Assembly: GCF_006345805.1 (NCBI RefSeq)
Contig: NC_043003.1
Span: forward strand, 82,274,001-82,338,000
DNA: 64,000 nucleotides
Direction of reading: 5' to 3'
Source: Octopus sinensis
Lineage: Eukaryota
Positions 39,984 through 51,452 of the stretch are shown here, one piece after another; position 1 is the first letter of the stretch; every line of letters begins with the position of its first letter. The translations under genes and the position numbers were made by a program. The notes under the pieces are model-generated. The model worked only from the letters and a program-made list of their open reading frames with translations, was not told where the DNA came from and ran no database searches.

Positions 39984-42900
39984 TGTATCAGTATGTATGT
40001 ATTCACAATATGTTCACACTTGATACATCAATATCATTAATGATTGCTAATTAGTACAGAAAGCTTGTAACTTTATAAAAGCTGATGTACATTAGGCTGA
40101 AGTACTATCATACACATTCCTACTGAATGTGAAATAAAAGCAGTTTCAATATATATATATAATTCTGTTAATTATCTCTTACCTGGACTATCTATACAGT
40201 ACAGTCTAACCTCAAAATTCCCAAACATCAGTTGAACGACAGCGACACTTTATTTCTCATTGAAGCATCTTCTAATCTGGCATCGCTGACTAAACATTGA
40301 GTTAAATAACAAGAACACCATTCATTTAACCAATGGAAGCCACATGATGTAAACGGCTATTGCCCTTACCCTCAGTGTCTCGATCTGAATCTACCAAGAA
40401 ACAGATATTTAATGATTAATAGAATTTATGTTCGAAATAACATGATTTTCAAATAATTCTTTTAATTCAAGATATAATTCAAATCAATATTGACTCGCAT
40501 CAGCATTTCTCTGAAGAGTCATATTATATATTCCAAATCAAAATATTCTTACCTCCATGCATCTTTGAAGACGGGAAAATATTCCCTATATGCCGAGGTG
40601 ATCGCTTAAACATTAATAGCATTAGATAATATACTACTTTTCATTAACGACTAAAACAATCAAAAACGTTCTGCTCTGTAACAATGCTTTTGATATATGG
40701 TAATATCGAAATTACATTTTGGTATATTTATTGCTCATTTTCTTTGTGTGTGTGTGTATGTGAGGGTATGTGTGTGTGTGTGTGTGCGTGTTAATGGCTA
40801 ATATAAAAATACACAAAATGTTATTTAGGAGAATGATTTTTCCCTTTGAACAGTTGTATGCATTGAACGGATCTCTCAATATTCAGACATTTGTTCATCA
40901 GTAAAGGTTTGGAGTTTCCTCAGTTATCTTCCAGACAATTTGCTTTAAGCTTGATATTCATATCAGACAGCTACGTGCCTTTATGTCCGAGGCTTGGTAT
41001 TTATATCAACGGCTTCATGTCTCATTGTCCAATATTTCAAATTTATGTTTTAATGCCTTTGTACCATTTTGCCAGACGTTTGATCCGTATATCAAGAAAA
41101 ATGTATGTTTGAGGGTTAACATTTTAGAAACCAATAAAATGTTATCTGTCTTTTATAAAATATCGATTGTATTTATTTGATGTCGGATATGTAAATTAAA
41201 TACTATCTAAATGCTAAATGCTTCATAGTTACATTCCCTGATACTTATTAATATAAGATTTAGAATAATATCTATACCAAAGCAGAAATATAAAAAAAAG
41301 TTTGAAATTATTATTCCTATCAATGTTTGTCGTCGAAAGCTTTAATATCTACATCTAGCAAATTTTGAAATTTCGTTTCAAGATTTTTTTTTTTCCTAAA
41401 ATGTTAATACTTTGCAAGTGATTTTAACTTACCTGAAAATAGTTTGCTTGCTATTTGACAGTTAACGTGAAACACTATGGAACATCTGAAAGACTACTGT
41501 GTATATATATATTTTCAAAATTCTTGGCGGAGCAGTCTGATAACTGTTTATTTTATACAAAACTTTGCCAAGAATGAATATAAAGAAAACTTTAATAATT
41601 CATGCATACTACTGAAGGATTTAGTGGGATAATTTTGAATTCTGAATGTATTAATATTTTTCTTAAGTTTGCATCGTATAAAATACATCTTAAATTATAC
41701 GAGAAATGATTGATAAATTTCAACATCTTTTTTGTGACAGCTTTATTGGGGTTTTTAAATATATCTTGAAATTACGAACATACTGCCATTATTATCTCTA
41801 CAGTGATACGTATTCTATTGTTTACTACTCAGAAGACAAAATAAAACAATTCTGAAATAAACTTTTTTTTTTTGAAAATGGGAACAAGATTTGAAAAAAA
41901 AAAAGCTCTATACACAACAAAATTTCCCCACTATAATCACAATCTAAAACAAAGAACTGTTGATATTTTTAACGTTGAGGTATAATAAACTGTCCGTTAC
42001 ATCTACTTATTTTAATAACAATTTTATACTTGCGAAATTTTATCTTCATTAGCTCTTGAACAAACCAATGATTCTTCTGATATTGGAAATACATTGTTAA
42101 AAATATTCTAAGATGGCAAATATACAAGGAAAATTACAAAAGATTTTCATAAGTATTTTTAAGTCCGTACGACTAGAATCCTTTATTCTATGACTTTCAA
42201 ATATTACTGCATGTGGCTTCCATATGAAACAACTCTTTAATGCATGATCGCATGATCTTTCTTAAACTCCAGTCGACTGTAACGTCCTGAGCACTCGATC
42301 TTATATCTGTTCGAAAGGAGAAATATTGTACAGTTAATCATATAAATCTAGAGACAGTCTTTATCAAAATAAGCCTTAAATAAAAATTGCTTCAACTGAC
42401 TGTTTATTGACCAGGAAATTTTCCCTAAATGTATCATTGTAGTAATTTTCAATGTCATAGTGACACCTAAAATCATCTCAAAGCAAAGTGATGTATAAAA
42501 GTCATTTGACAGATACTACAAGATATTTTACTGGACAGAGTCATTCCTAGAGAAAGCAATCTTCATAACTTATCCAAGGTATATAGCTTCAACTTTTACT
42601 CTGTTGGATAACCTACCAGAATCAGGTGTGACTGTCAAATTAAGTCTCTTTTTATATTTATGCTTTGTCTGTTATTTTTGTTAATACTTATTCACAAGAT
42701 TTTGTTTATTATAATTTTGGTTCTAGTCGCTGATTTTATTCAGCAGGTTTACTAATAATGGAAATAAACAACCTCATACGAAACCATTATTGACTTGGAT
42801 CTATTTTCCAATGTGAAGTAGGTAGATGGTGCTATTTTCTTTCATTCCCTCCTCGGTGCCCATACTGGCATTGTTTTATTACCTTTTATTGATGTTCAAC

Positions 42901-43401
42901 GATTGCATATTTTAGCTTTTTTTTTCTTGAATTATTTATCAGAATAAAGCCTGTTAACATTTCTAACAAAATGCTTTCTTGTCTTTCTTATTTATCTTCA
43001 TATTTCCAGGTACATGATTTGCAAATACTGGAATACATTTAGGCATTCAGTACCAAAATATACTTAGGAGACACAGTTTTCAACATTAAGAGACTTTCTT
43101 TTCTACCATATGCCTGATACGGAACAAATGATATTCGGCTACATTAAGGCTAACTATTATTCTTACGTAATCTCGAATTTTCCTGAAGATATGAACTTTC
43201 TAAACTATACAATATGACGAATCATGTGTTGAATCAAGTGAAATAGCATCTTCCTAAAGTACTATCAGCTTCACCATAAGGATGTTTTTGTCCAATTGAC
43301 ACCATGACATTATTGCAATGTAACTCAGGAACACGAACCTGTTTTAAATTTATGTGCAACTTTCAATAATTAACCCCATGCAGAAGTCTTCGTAACATCT
43401 C

Positions 43402-43441
43402 TGTATGTTCTTACATACATAGATGTATGTAAGAACATACA
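43402..43441. repeat. Perfect short palindrome (19-bp arms, 2-nt loop)
   Basis: TGTATGTTCTTACATACAT-AG-ATGTATGTAAGAACATACA; TATGTTCTTACA recurs twice just downstream. Confidence 0.9.
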
Positions 43442-44059
43442 TATGTTTATGTTCTTACAGCATCTGTGTAAGTATCATCTGTGTATGTTCTTACATCGTC
43501 TTCCTTGCCCATCTTATGAATGACTACATAATAGTTGTCCTTATGGATAACTACTATGGATCACTCGGAGTGGGTAGAGTATCCTGACGGTCCGTTTAAT
43601 ATTATGTTCACGGCTTCTCTGAGAAAACATACTCAGTTACTTATGTCAATTAATAAAATACTAAACTGCGAAATATTAAACAGTCGTAAATTTGTATGAC
43701 AACGCTAGGAAAACTGATTCTGTTTATCACACTTCAGAAAGAAAGAAGAAATATATTGACATCCTTGACATCGAAATGTTTTGTTATATTTAAGGTTATC
43801 TCAGTTAGCATTCACGTTATTGTCTACATACGTTAGGTGTTGGTCAATGACTGAGATGCTGTCCTAATTAAGAATATATCAATTCGCTAATCCACTATGG
43901 TGCTAAACTATATATGCTAGTTTTGGGCGAAAGAAATTAAAGAGCCCCATGAAACTTCCTCGTTTTTTCGCACATTGACAGCATAGAAGAAAGGTATCTA
44001 TTATGTAAATTTACTTTAGTTCATATTCACTCTTCACTCTACTTCCTATATACTTACAT

Positions 44060-44143
<84 letters not shown>

Positions 44144-45699
44144 TATATCATATATACTCCACTGTCATTTGTAAAAGACGAGGTTACTTCTGCTTCATTC
44201 AAGTACATCCCTGACGAAAGAATTGCAAAGATATATGACACAACATCATGAAACAATTTCTAGTGTATCCTGTAGATTACATTATATTATGCTACACACG
44301 CGTGCACTTACACACATACACTTGAGCATACATACATATATATATATATGTGCATGTGTGTGTGCATAACGTGTCAAATGTTGGAATAAACTTGGTATCT
44401 TTAAATTCTTTCTTTGAAATCTTATAAAACACATTGATTCATTACACTAATTAATCAACAAACCGATTCTTTATGCTGATAACTTTAGCGTAATTCTTCC
44501 ACCACAAGTCGTTCATTTTAATGGCTAAGTCATGCAAATTTTATTCAACCAAATTTCGTTAATTTAAAATCACGTTTCCTTGGGAAAAAATTAAAAAGTA
44601 TCTACATGTGTTATTTTTATGCAGCGTTTTGTAAAATGTTCTAAATATGTGCCATATATTATTTGTGTAAATGTTTTCAAGAAAACTAAAACCGCTTAAT
44701 AAGTGAAATTCTAAAATTTCCATGTACATGAGTTCTATAAATAGATAAAGCTATAATGAAACAGAATAAAAAAAAAGGCTACAATGAATCCTCCATGTAT
44801 AATTTTTAAAGGAGAATTTAATTTAATCACAAATATTGGGAAAAAAAAACATTAAATTATAATGTCAACAAATTTCTACGTGCGCCTTATTATACGTACA
44901 GCATCCAACAATATATTAACGACGGTGAGATATGAAACACTCCTTTCCAGATGAAATGCAGCTGCGGAAATAAAGACAAAGGGATTTGCTGGAATGAGGT
45001 GTTTTTCAGAATAGTATGGAGAAAATTGTAGAGTAAACGGTGAGGGACAGTGTAATAGTCACTGATGAGAGAGGGGAACAGGCAGGGTTTTGAAAACATA
45101 AGCTGAGGATGTGTTTTATGAAAAGAAAAATGCAAATCGCATAAAGATATACATATATATGAAACACTTGACAGCACCTACATTAACTAGTGTTGTAATT
45201 GCTAATATCCAAAATATAATGAAATAACAACTTTATGATGTTCATATATACAAATGTTATATTAACTTTACTTCTGATACTAAATTATTGAGAAGTAAAT
45301 TAGCTAGAGATAGTTAGCTGCGACAAAATGTAATGTAAATTCTTGAAATAGTGGAGCTCGATACATGGTGTTAGTGTTGTTAGAATTTAAACCTCTCGAA
45401 CAGTGTTTATCATCAGAATGACAAAAATATAAGTCTTTAGAATATCAAATTGCAGAGAAGAAATTGAAAAACTTGTATATGTGGTGTAGGGATCTAAATG
45501 AGGTGAGATAAAAGAAAGACAACCAGCCTGTTACGGGAGAGTGTGAACTGTTACAGGAACTACACTGTAGAAAGGTGATGAAATTCGTAGCAAATTACAG
45601 GTAATTTAAAATGGAATAGGTTGCTGGATTACATGATGTTTTGTAAACAACTTGCACATGCAAATGATACCAGTCGAAAGCTCCGCATGCCGGAAGCTA

Positions 45700-46580
45700 A
45701 CAAGTGCATGGAATCATCAGGAGAGAATGCGTGCCGTTTTGGAGCCTACCTCTCGATGGAACCATTGGTCACCGGTCCCCCTTCACTGATATGAGCCCCC
45801 GCTTGCTAGATCAACTAGTTATCAAATAAAGCTCAATATTCTTCTAGCCATCGCTCATCGTCTCTTTTTAGCCAAATTCATTGACAAGCCTTCTCCACTG
45901 TAGCTTGGATATCAGTCATGGTGGTATTTACCTTACGATGAGTGTCCAACATATTCTCTACATCCGACTTCGATTGGAAAATGTTCCGCTTTCCAGTCAG
46001 CGTCTTCACATTCCTCGAGGAAGTTTACATACCGGTCAGTCTTTCGAGCCCGAGCGGGGTCCATGAGGAACCATTAACTCGACGAGATACATCACATTCT
46101 TTCTTTGACACCACATTGAAATGTCCGGTCTTTTCGTAACTGGGATGGAAAAGTGTCCCTGGCACCCTGGTAAATCTGCAGCCACCTCCCAATAGCCGTT
46201 CCACTTTTCATCGCTTACAGGAAGTTTCTTCTTCTTGGAACGGATCTGCAGTCCCGAGCACATGAAGTTAATGAAATCTCTAGTTGGTATTTTCAATGGA
46301 TTTTTTCCACTGTTAAGATAAATTTGGTTTTTTATAGCATTGAATGTAACCTTCAGGGCCAGGCTGTGTCTCTATGTGTATCTATTCAATGCTAACGAAC
46401 AGGTGGAAAGAATATATTTCTGCATTTCGACCTTTCTGCATTTGCATATATCATTCTCTGAAACGTTCCATCTTACTAGATTTGTAGGTGATCGCAAGAC
46501 ATCATAGGATGAACGAATCAGAAAACTTACTCAAGATGTAGTCCACCTCCATATCTCACTCCTCAACATGTTCCTCCTAT
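45700..46580 (-). mobile_element. 3' part of a HERO/NeSL-like non-LTR retrotransposon (zinc knuckle plus restriction-like endonuclease)
   Basis: WRWTTS*VSFLIRSSYDVLRSPTNLVRW...CKC...ILSTCSLALNRYT*RH...KRPDISMW...YLVELMVPH...FPIEVGCR; contains the PD-(D/E)xK-type RPD..ELxVP motif. Confidence 0.88.
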
Positions 46581-46701
46581 CTCTTAACCACTACACCATA
46601 TGCTAACGGGTATATGGCGTAGTGGTTAAGAGCGTGGGCTACTAACCCCAGGATTCCGGTTTCAATTCCTGGCAGTGACCTGAATAATAATAATAATAAT
46701 A

Positions 46702-46760
<59 letters not shown>

Positions 46761-47307
46761 CCTGATGCAGTACCAGGTAGTGGCTCTCATGGCTTCTGAT
46801 CTTAACTGATTAGAAGCGTTATCATGTACATAGTTTTGTCTTGGTATAAAAGATGGGCTACAGCAAATATTCTGCTCAATACCACAGATTTGCTTGTCAG
46901 TTGTTTGACCATAACCAGTTGACCATGTCCCTTAGTGGCTGATGATATGTGCATCTCTGATCATGAGCAGAAGTAGTGGGGGAGCAATATAGCCATGTGT
47001 TGAGAGGGATTCTTTGGGGTTTGAATAATTCACCTTCAAAAACATGGCTGGCTCGTTCAACATCCTTAAACAATCCTTATTCAGTGACCTTTTGAGCAGG
47101 ATGGGTTACTCGACCTGAAGAAATTCTAAGTGGGCCCCACCTGCAAGGTCATGTACAATTTATCTTGATATAAGATCACCATGTCACGAACATATGGTTG
47201 TGATGCATGTGCCTGGTGTACCCTTATCAGGTAGTCATGATGGGTATACTGGGCTTCGTATATTTTACTCCAGTGTCACTTTGATTGCATGCACTGCTCT
47301 CTCACTC

Positions 47308-47338
<31 letters not shown>

Positions 47339-47898
47339 TAATAATAATAATCCTGATGCAGTACCAGGTAGTGGCTCTCATGGCTTCTGATCTTAACTGA
47401 TTAGAAGCGTTATCATGTACATAGTTTTGTCTTGGTATAAAAGATGGGCTACAGCAAATATTCTGCTCAATACCACAGATTTGCTTGTCAGTTGTTTGAC
47501 CATAACCAGTTGACCATGTCCCTTAGTGGCTGATGATATGTGCATCTCTGATCATGAGCAGAAGTAGTGGGGGAGCAATATAGCCATGTGTTGAGAGGGA
47601 TTCTTTGGGGTTTGAATAATTCACCTTCAAAAACATGGCTGGCTCGTTCAACATCCTTAAACAATCCTTATTCAGTGACCTTTTGAGCAGGATGGGTTAC
47701 TCGACCTGAAGAAATTCTAAGTGGGCCCCACCTGCAAGGTCATGTACAATTTATCTTGATATAAGATCACCATGTCACGAACATATGGTTGTGATGCATG
47801 TGCCTGGTGTACCCTTATCAGGTAGTCATGATGGGTATACTGGGCTTCGTATATTTTACTCCAGTGTCACTTTGATTGCATGCACTGCTCTCTCACTC

Positions 47899-47933
<35 letters not shown>

Positions 47934-48035
47934 TGATGATGATGATAATAATGATAATGATAATAATAATAATAACATCGAAGAATACCTTAGGAATGAG
48001 AACATGAGTTCTCATTCCCAACGTATTCTTCGATG

Positions 48036-48070
<35 letters not shown>
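46581..48070 (+). mobile_element. Second copy of the tRNA-headed module, truncated before the hammerhead, with fold-backs at both ends and a nested insertion
   Basis: Head 46607-46682 matches 1812-1888; tail AACATCGAAGAATACCTTAGGAATGAGAAC (47974-48003) matches 1928-1957; inverted copies at 46581-46603 and 48008-48045. Confidence 0.8.
46761..47898. repeat. Two apparently identical tandem copies (period 591) of a roughly 547-bp non-coding element bounded by (AAT)n
   Basis: 46761-47307 matches 47352-47898; each starts CCTGATGCAGTACCAGG and ends CTCTCTCACTC, with (AAT)n before, between and after. Confidence 0.92.
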
Positions 48071-48074
<4 letters not shown>

Positions 48075-48166
48075 TATTATTATTATTATATATTATTATT
48101 ATTATATTATTATTATTATTATTATTATCATTATTATTATTCTATTTCTCTCTCTCTCTCTCACTC

Positions 48167-48202
<36 letters not shown>

Positions 48203-48211
48203 ATATACACA

Positions 48212-48255
<44 letters not shown>

Positions 48256-48360
48256 TATACATATATACACACATATATATATATACATATATATGTAGGT
48301 GTGTGTGTGCGCGCGTGTGTGTGTGTGCGCGCGTGTGTGTGTGTATATATATATATATAT

Positions 48361-48640
48361 ATGAGAACGTGGCCACACGATCGACCAGACAATGAGATGT
48401 TGTTAAACGTCGCTAGTCACGATTCCCTTTGCATTGTTGTAATTTTGAATGGCTAGACTAGTAAGTCAACATTTTTCCTGGCCGAAACACTCGGCTACTA
48501 ATTTACAGCTGAGGAAACGAGAGCAATTTGAAATGAAGTGTTTTGCTCAAGAACACAACTTGCTGCTTGCTCCGGGAATCAAACACACGGTCTAGCGATC
48601 GTGAGTGCAACGCCCCGACCATTTAGCTGCACGCCTTCGC
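48361..48640 (-). mobile_element. tRNA-derived SINE
   Basis: GAAATGAAGTGTTTTGCTCAAGAACACAAC...CCGGGAATCAAACAC...CGATCGTGAGTGCAACGCC...GCACGCCTTC is a reversed head. Confidence 0.8.
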
Positions 48641-48707
48641 ATGTACGCGCGCACGCGCACACACACACAAGCTGACAGGCAAGATCAACACAATAAATGA
48701 GAAAATA

Positions 48708-48925
48708 TTCATTTCTACTCTATGCACAAGACCCGAAATTTTGGGGAGGAGGCCAGTCGATTAGGCTGACACCAGTACGCAACTGGTATTTAATTTATCG
48801 AACCCGAAAGAATGAAAGGCAATGTCGACCTCGGCGGAATTCGAACTCAGTAAGTAAAGACAAAGGAAATAACCGCTAAGCATTTCAGCCGGCGTGGTAA
48901 CATCTCTGACAGCGGGCTGCCTTCA
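48708..48925 (-). mobile_element. tRNA-derived SINE (first family)
   Basis: AACTGGTATTTAATTTATCGAACCCGAAAGAATGAAAGGCAATGTCGACCTCGGCGGAATTCGAACTCAG. Confidence 0.85.
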
Positions 48926-49471
48926 AATGAGAAAACATTACAGGACTTAATCTAAGTCTCAAATGACAGAGACCATTACCGCAATCGTAAGCAGTCATAC
49001 GTTCATACAGATATACGAGAATGCACATACTTATTCACACACACCCAAACCCGCAGCCTTAACATGTTCGCGCACTCACGCGTATATAACAGGTAGTAAT
49101 GCGCATGTTTTCACACACACGAACACACACCCATACACCCAATAACATGTACACGAACACACACCCATACACCCAATAACACAGCTATAGCTACGCATTC
49201 ATACATCTGATATATACACATCTGATGTAATCACACTCAATGGATTTCCTTCTGTCAGTATCCAGACACCAAGACGTCACCGGTTTCCTGTCCAGCAACT
49301 TGGTCCAAGAAAATTTCATTTCTAATGAACCTAGTGTTTCTGAATTACCGATCTTCCCTCTTGGATATCTTGTGATTCCTCATTCAGTAACCTAAGCCCG
49401 AACGAGGTGGTTTTCTATAATAATATCGCGAAATTTTAAGTTGTATGAAGCTGAATCAAATTGATGTAAAA

Positions 49472-49508
<37 letters not shown>

Positions 49509-49522
49509 TTACTACAACGACA

Positions 49523-49557
<35 letters not shown>

Positions 49558-49606
49558 CACTACTGCTGCTGCTGCAGCTGCTACTACTACTACAACTACT
49601 ACTACT

Positions 49607-49644
<38 letters not shown>

Positions 49645-49666
49645 TAGTGATAATAATAATAATAAA
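49472..49666. repeat. Compound (ACT)n/(GCT)n/(AAT)n microsatellite
   Basis: Direct reading. Confidence 0.95.
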
Positions 49667-49667
49667 C

Positions 49668-50176
49668 TCAGACCGTAGAAATGTATAATAATGAACAAAA
49701 TGCTCCAAACCAGAACGCCACAGATAAAAATATGAATGGGAAGGAATACGAAACAAATCTAAAAGGTGGAAACATTGACGGTGAAACTAATGATCATGAT
49801 ACTCCAAAAATGCGTATAATCAAAGAATTGAAAGCCACAGATCTCTGTATCGACCACCAATTGTGCCTCCCGAAAATTAAAATTGATAATAAAAATAACG
49901 TCAATAATAAATAGCATGAAACTAGCCGTCACAGAACTAATAGCCACAGAAACAAATATCAATATGACCAGGTTAAATGATATAATATATGCAGCAGCCT
50001 CTGTGGCCAGAAAAGAATCTGGATATTCCTAAAACCCATCCAAGCAAGAGTATCACCACCGAAACAAACCCAGGGGATAAAAAAGTATGCAGAAAAGTAG
50101 AAAATAAGAGAAAAGATTTGTCAATCCTTAGTGAAAGTAGTAAACCATCAACGCTACTAAGCAACAAAAAGGAAGA
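49668..50176 (+). mobile_element. Decayed N-terminal ORF fragment of an R4/Dong-like non-LTR retrotransposon
   Basis: LCLPKIKID...KLAVTELIATETNINMTRLNDIIYAAASVA resembles the R4-clade pre-RT region; starts directly after (AAT)n. Confidence 0.6.
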
Positions 50177-50298
50177 ATGTTGACTTACTAGTCTAGTCAT
50201 TCAAACGATACAACAATGCAAAGGGAATCGTGGCTAGTGACATTTAACAACAGCTGATTGTCTGGTCGATCGTGTGGCCACGTTCTCATATATATATA

Positions 50299-50349
<51 letters not shown>

Positions 50350-50445
50350 GTATACATATGTATATATATGTATATATATATATGTATATATATATGTATA
50401 TATATATATATATATTATATATATATATACGTGTGTGTGTGTGTT

Positions 50446-50477
<32 letters not shown>

Positions 50478-50495
50478 GATAGATATATCAACAAT

Positions 50496-51220
50496 TGTAT
50501 TTACCTCCAAACCTTCGTGAGCTGTCTGGAGTAAACATTATCTGAGAGAAATTTTCTTTAAGTAGTAGAAATGGCTAAAAAAAATTTGGGGGCTGCTATT
50601 TCTACTAAGTTCAGTATGTGGCAAAGTAATTTATTTTACTAAGCCCTAATTATATAATGTAATATTTTGAATTCGCCTTAAATGGTCCTTTGCATACTGA
50701 ACACTTGGTGAAATTGATTAATTAATTAATTTTACCCTAAATTGTTGATATTATAATTCATTTCTCTCTGTCATACTGCCTCGGTTCTCGCGGTTAAAAT
50801 ATAATGTTTGCTAGATAGACCACGTAGGTGGAAGCGGAGTGCAGAAATTTACGCCTGCGCATTTTGAATTTGTTGACACTGTTAGTTGGAGTGGTTCATC
50901 TGAAGCGACAAGTTCGCTGATAGGTAAAGTTCCTTCGTTTTAGTGTTTCCAATTCCAAATTAAGAAATTTTGAGCTGACGAAAGAAATGCTGATTTTATT
51001 TGGCTAATCTTGAAACGTTGACGTACTCAAACGATCTATGTACTTGTGATATTTTTCTGTATTTACCTCCAAACCTTCGTGAGCTGTCTGGAGTAAACAT
51101 TATCTGAGAGAAATTTTCTTTAAGTAGTAGAAATGGCTAAAAAAAATGTTTTGGCTGCTATTTCTACTAAGTTCAGTATGTGGCAAAGTAATTTATTTTA
51201 CTAAGCCCTAATTATATAAT
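50496..51220 (+). mobile_element. Terminally redundant (about 1.3-mer, period 562) hammerhead-bearing element
   Basis: 50496-50658 is repeated almost exactly at 51058-51220; an intact hammerhead lies between; (TA)n/(GATA)n on both sides. Confidence 0.85.
50969..51031 (+). ncRNA. Type I hammerhead ribozyme, canonical core
   Basis: Stem I TTTGAG/CTCAAA (6 bp, perfect); core CTGACGA(50975-50981); stem II AAGA/TCTT; GAAA; stem III ACG-TTGA-CGT; GUA with predicted cut after 51025. Confidence 0.9.
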
Positions 51221-51260
51221 ATAGATAGATAGATATATATATATAGAGAGAGAGAGAAAG

Positions 51261-51329
<69 letters not shown>

Positions 51330-51330
<1 letters not shown>

Positions 51331-51452
51331 GAGTGGCTGTGGGGTAAGATGCTTACTTTCCAACCACATGGTTGAGGATTCAGTCCCACCACGAGGAAAC
51401 TTGGGCAAGTGTTTTCTAAGATAGCCTTGGGGCCTCCAAAGTCTTCTGACTA
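51330..51452 (+). mobile_element. SINE head (third family)
   Basis: GGAGTGGCTGTGGGGTAAGATGCTTACTTTCCAACCACATGGTTGAGGATTCAGTCCCAC...TTGGGCAAGTGTTTTCTA. Confidence 0.8.

Noticed and set aside
40553-40604. Possible 52-nt minus-strand exon (ITSAYREYFPVFKDAW) whose phase-2 donor would fit the 16.8 kb exon
   Set aside because: The donor is good, but only a weak AAG acceptor is available and upstream frames are closed; too short to support without RNA data.
40891-41180. Overlapping plus-strand ORFs in repeat-poor sequence
   Set aside because: No recognisable motif or clear splice boundaries; length is within the chance range.
46607-46682. tRNA-like sequence (also 1812-1888 and other SINE heads) as a real tRNA gene
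   Set aside because: No convincing acceptor stem or terminator, and each is embedded in a dispersed repeat, so it is a SINE-type head.
25631-46945. Isolated CTGATGA/CTGACGA words at 25631, 44211 and 46939 (also reversed at about 8297 and 28609)
   Set aside because: No matching stem II-GAAA-stem III-NUH-stem I could be built; expected by chance.
34839-51220. Direct repeats as a CRISPR array or LTR retrotransposon
   Set aside because: Eukaryotic context, long units, no repeat-spacer pattern or cas genes, and no TG..CA ends, PBS/PPT or TSD.
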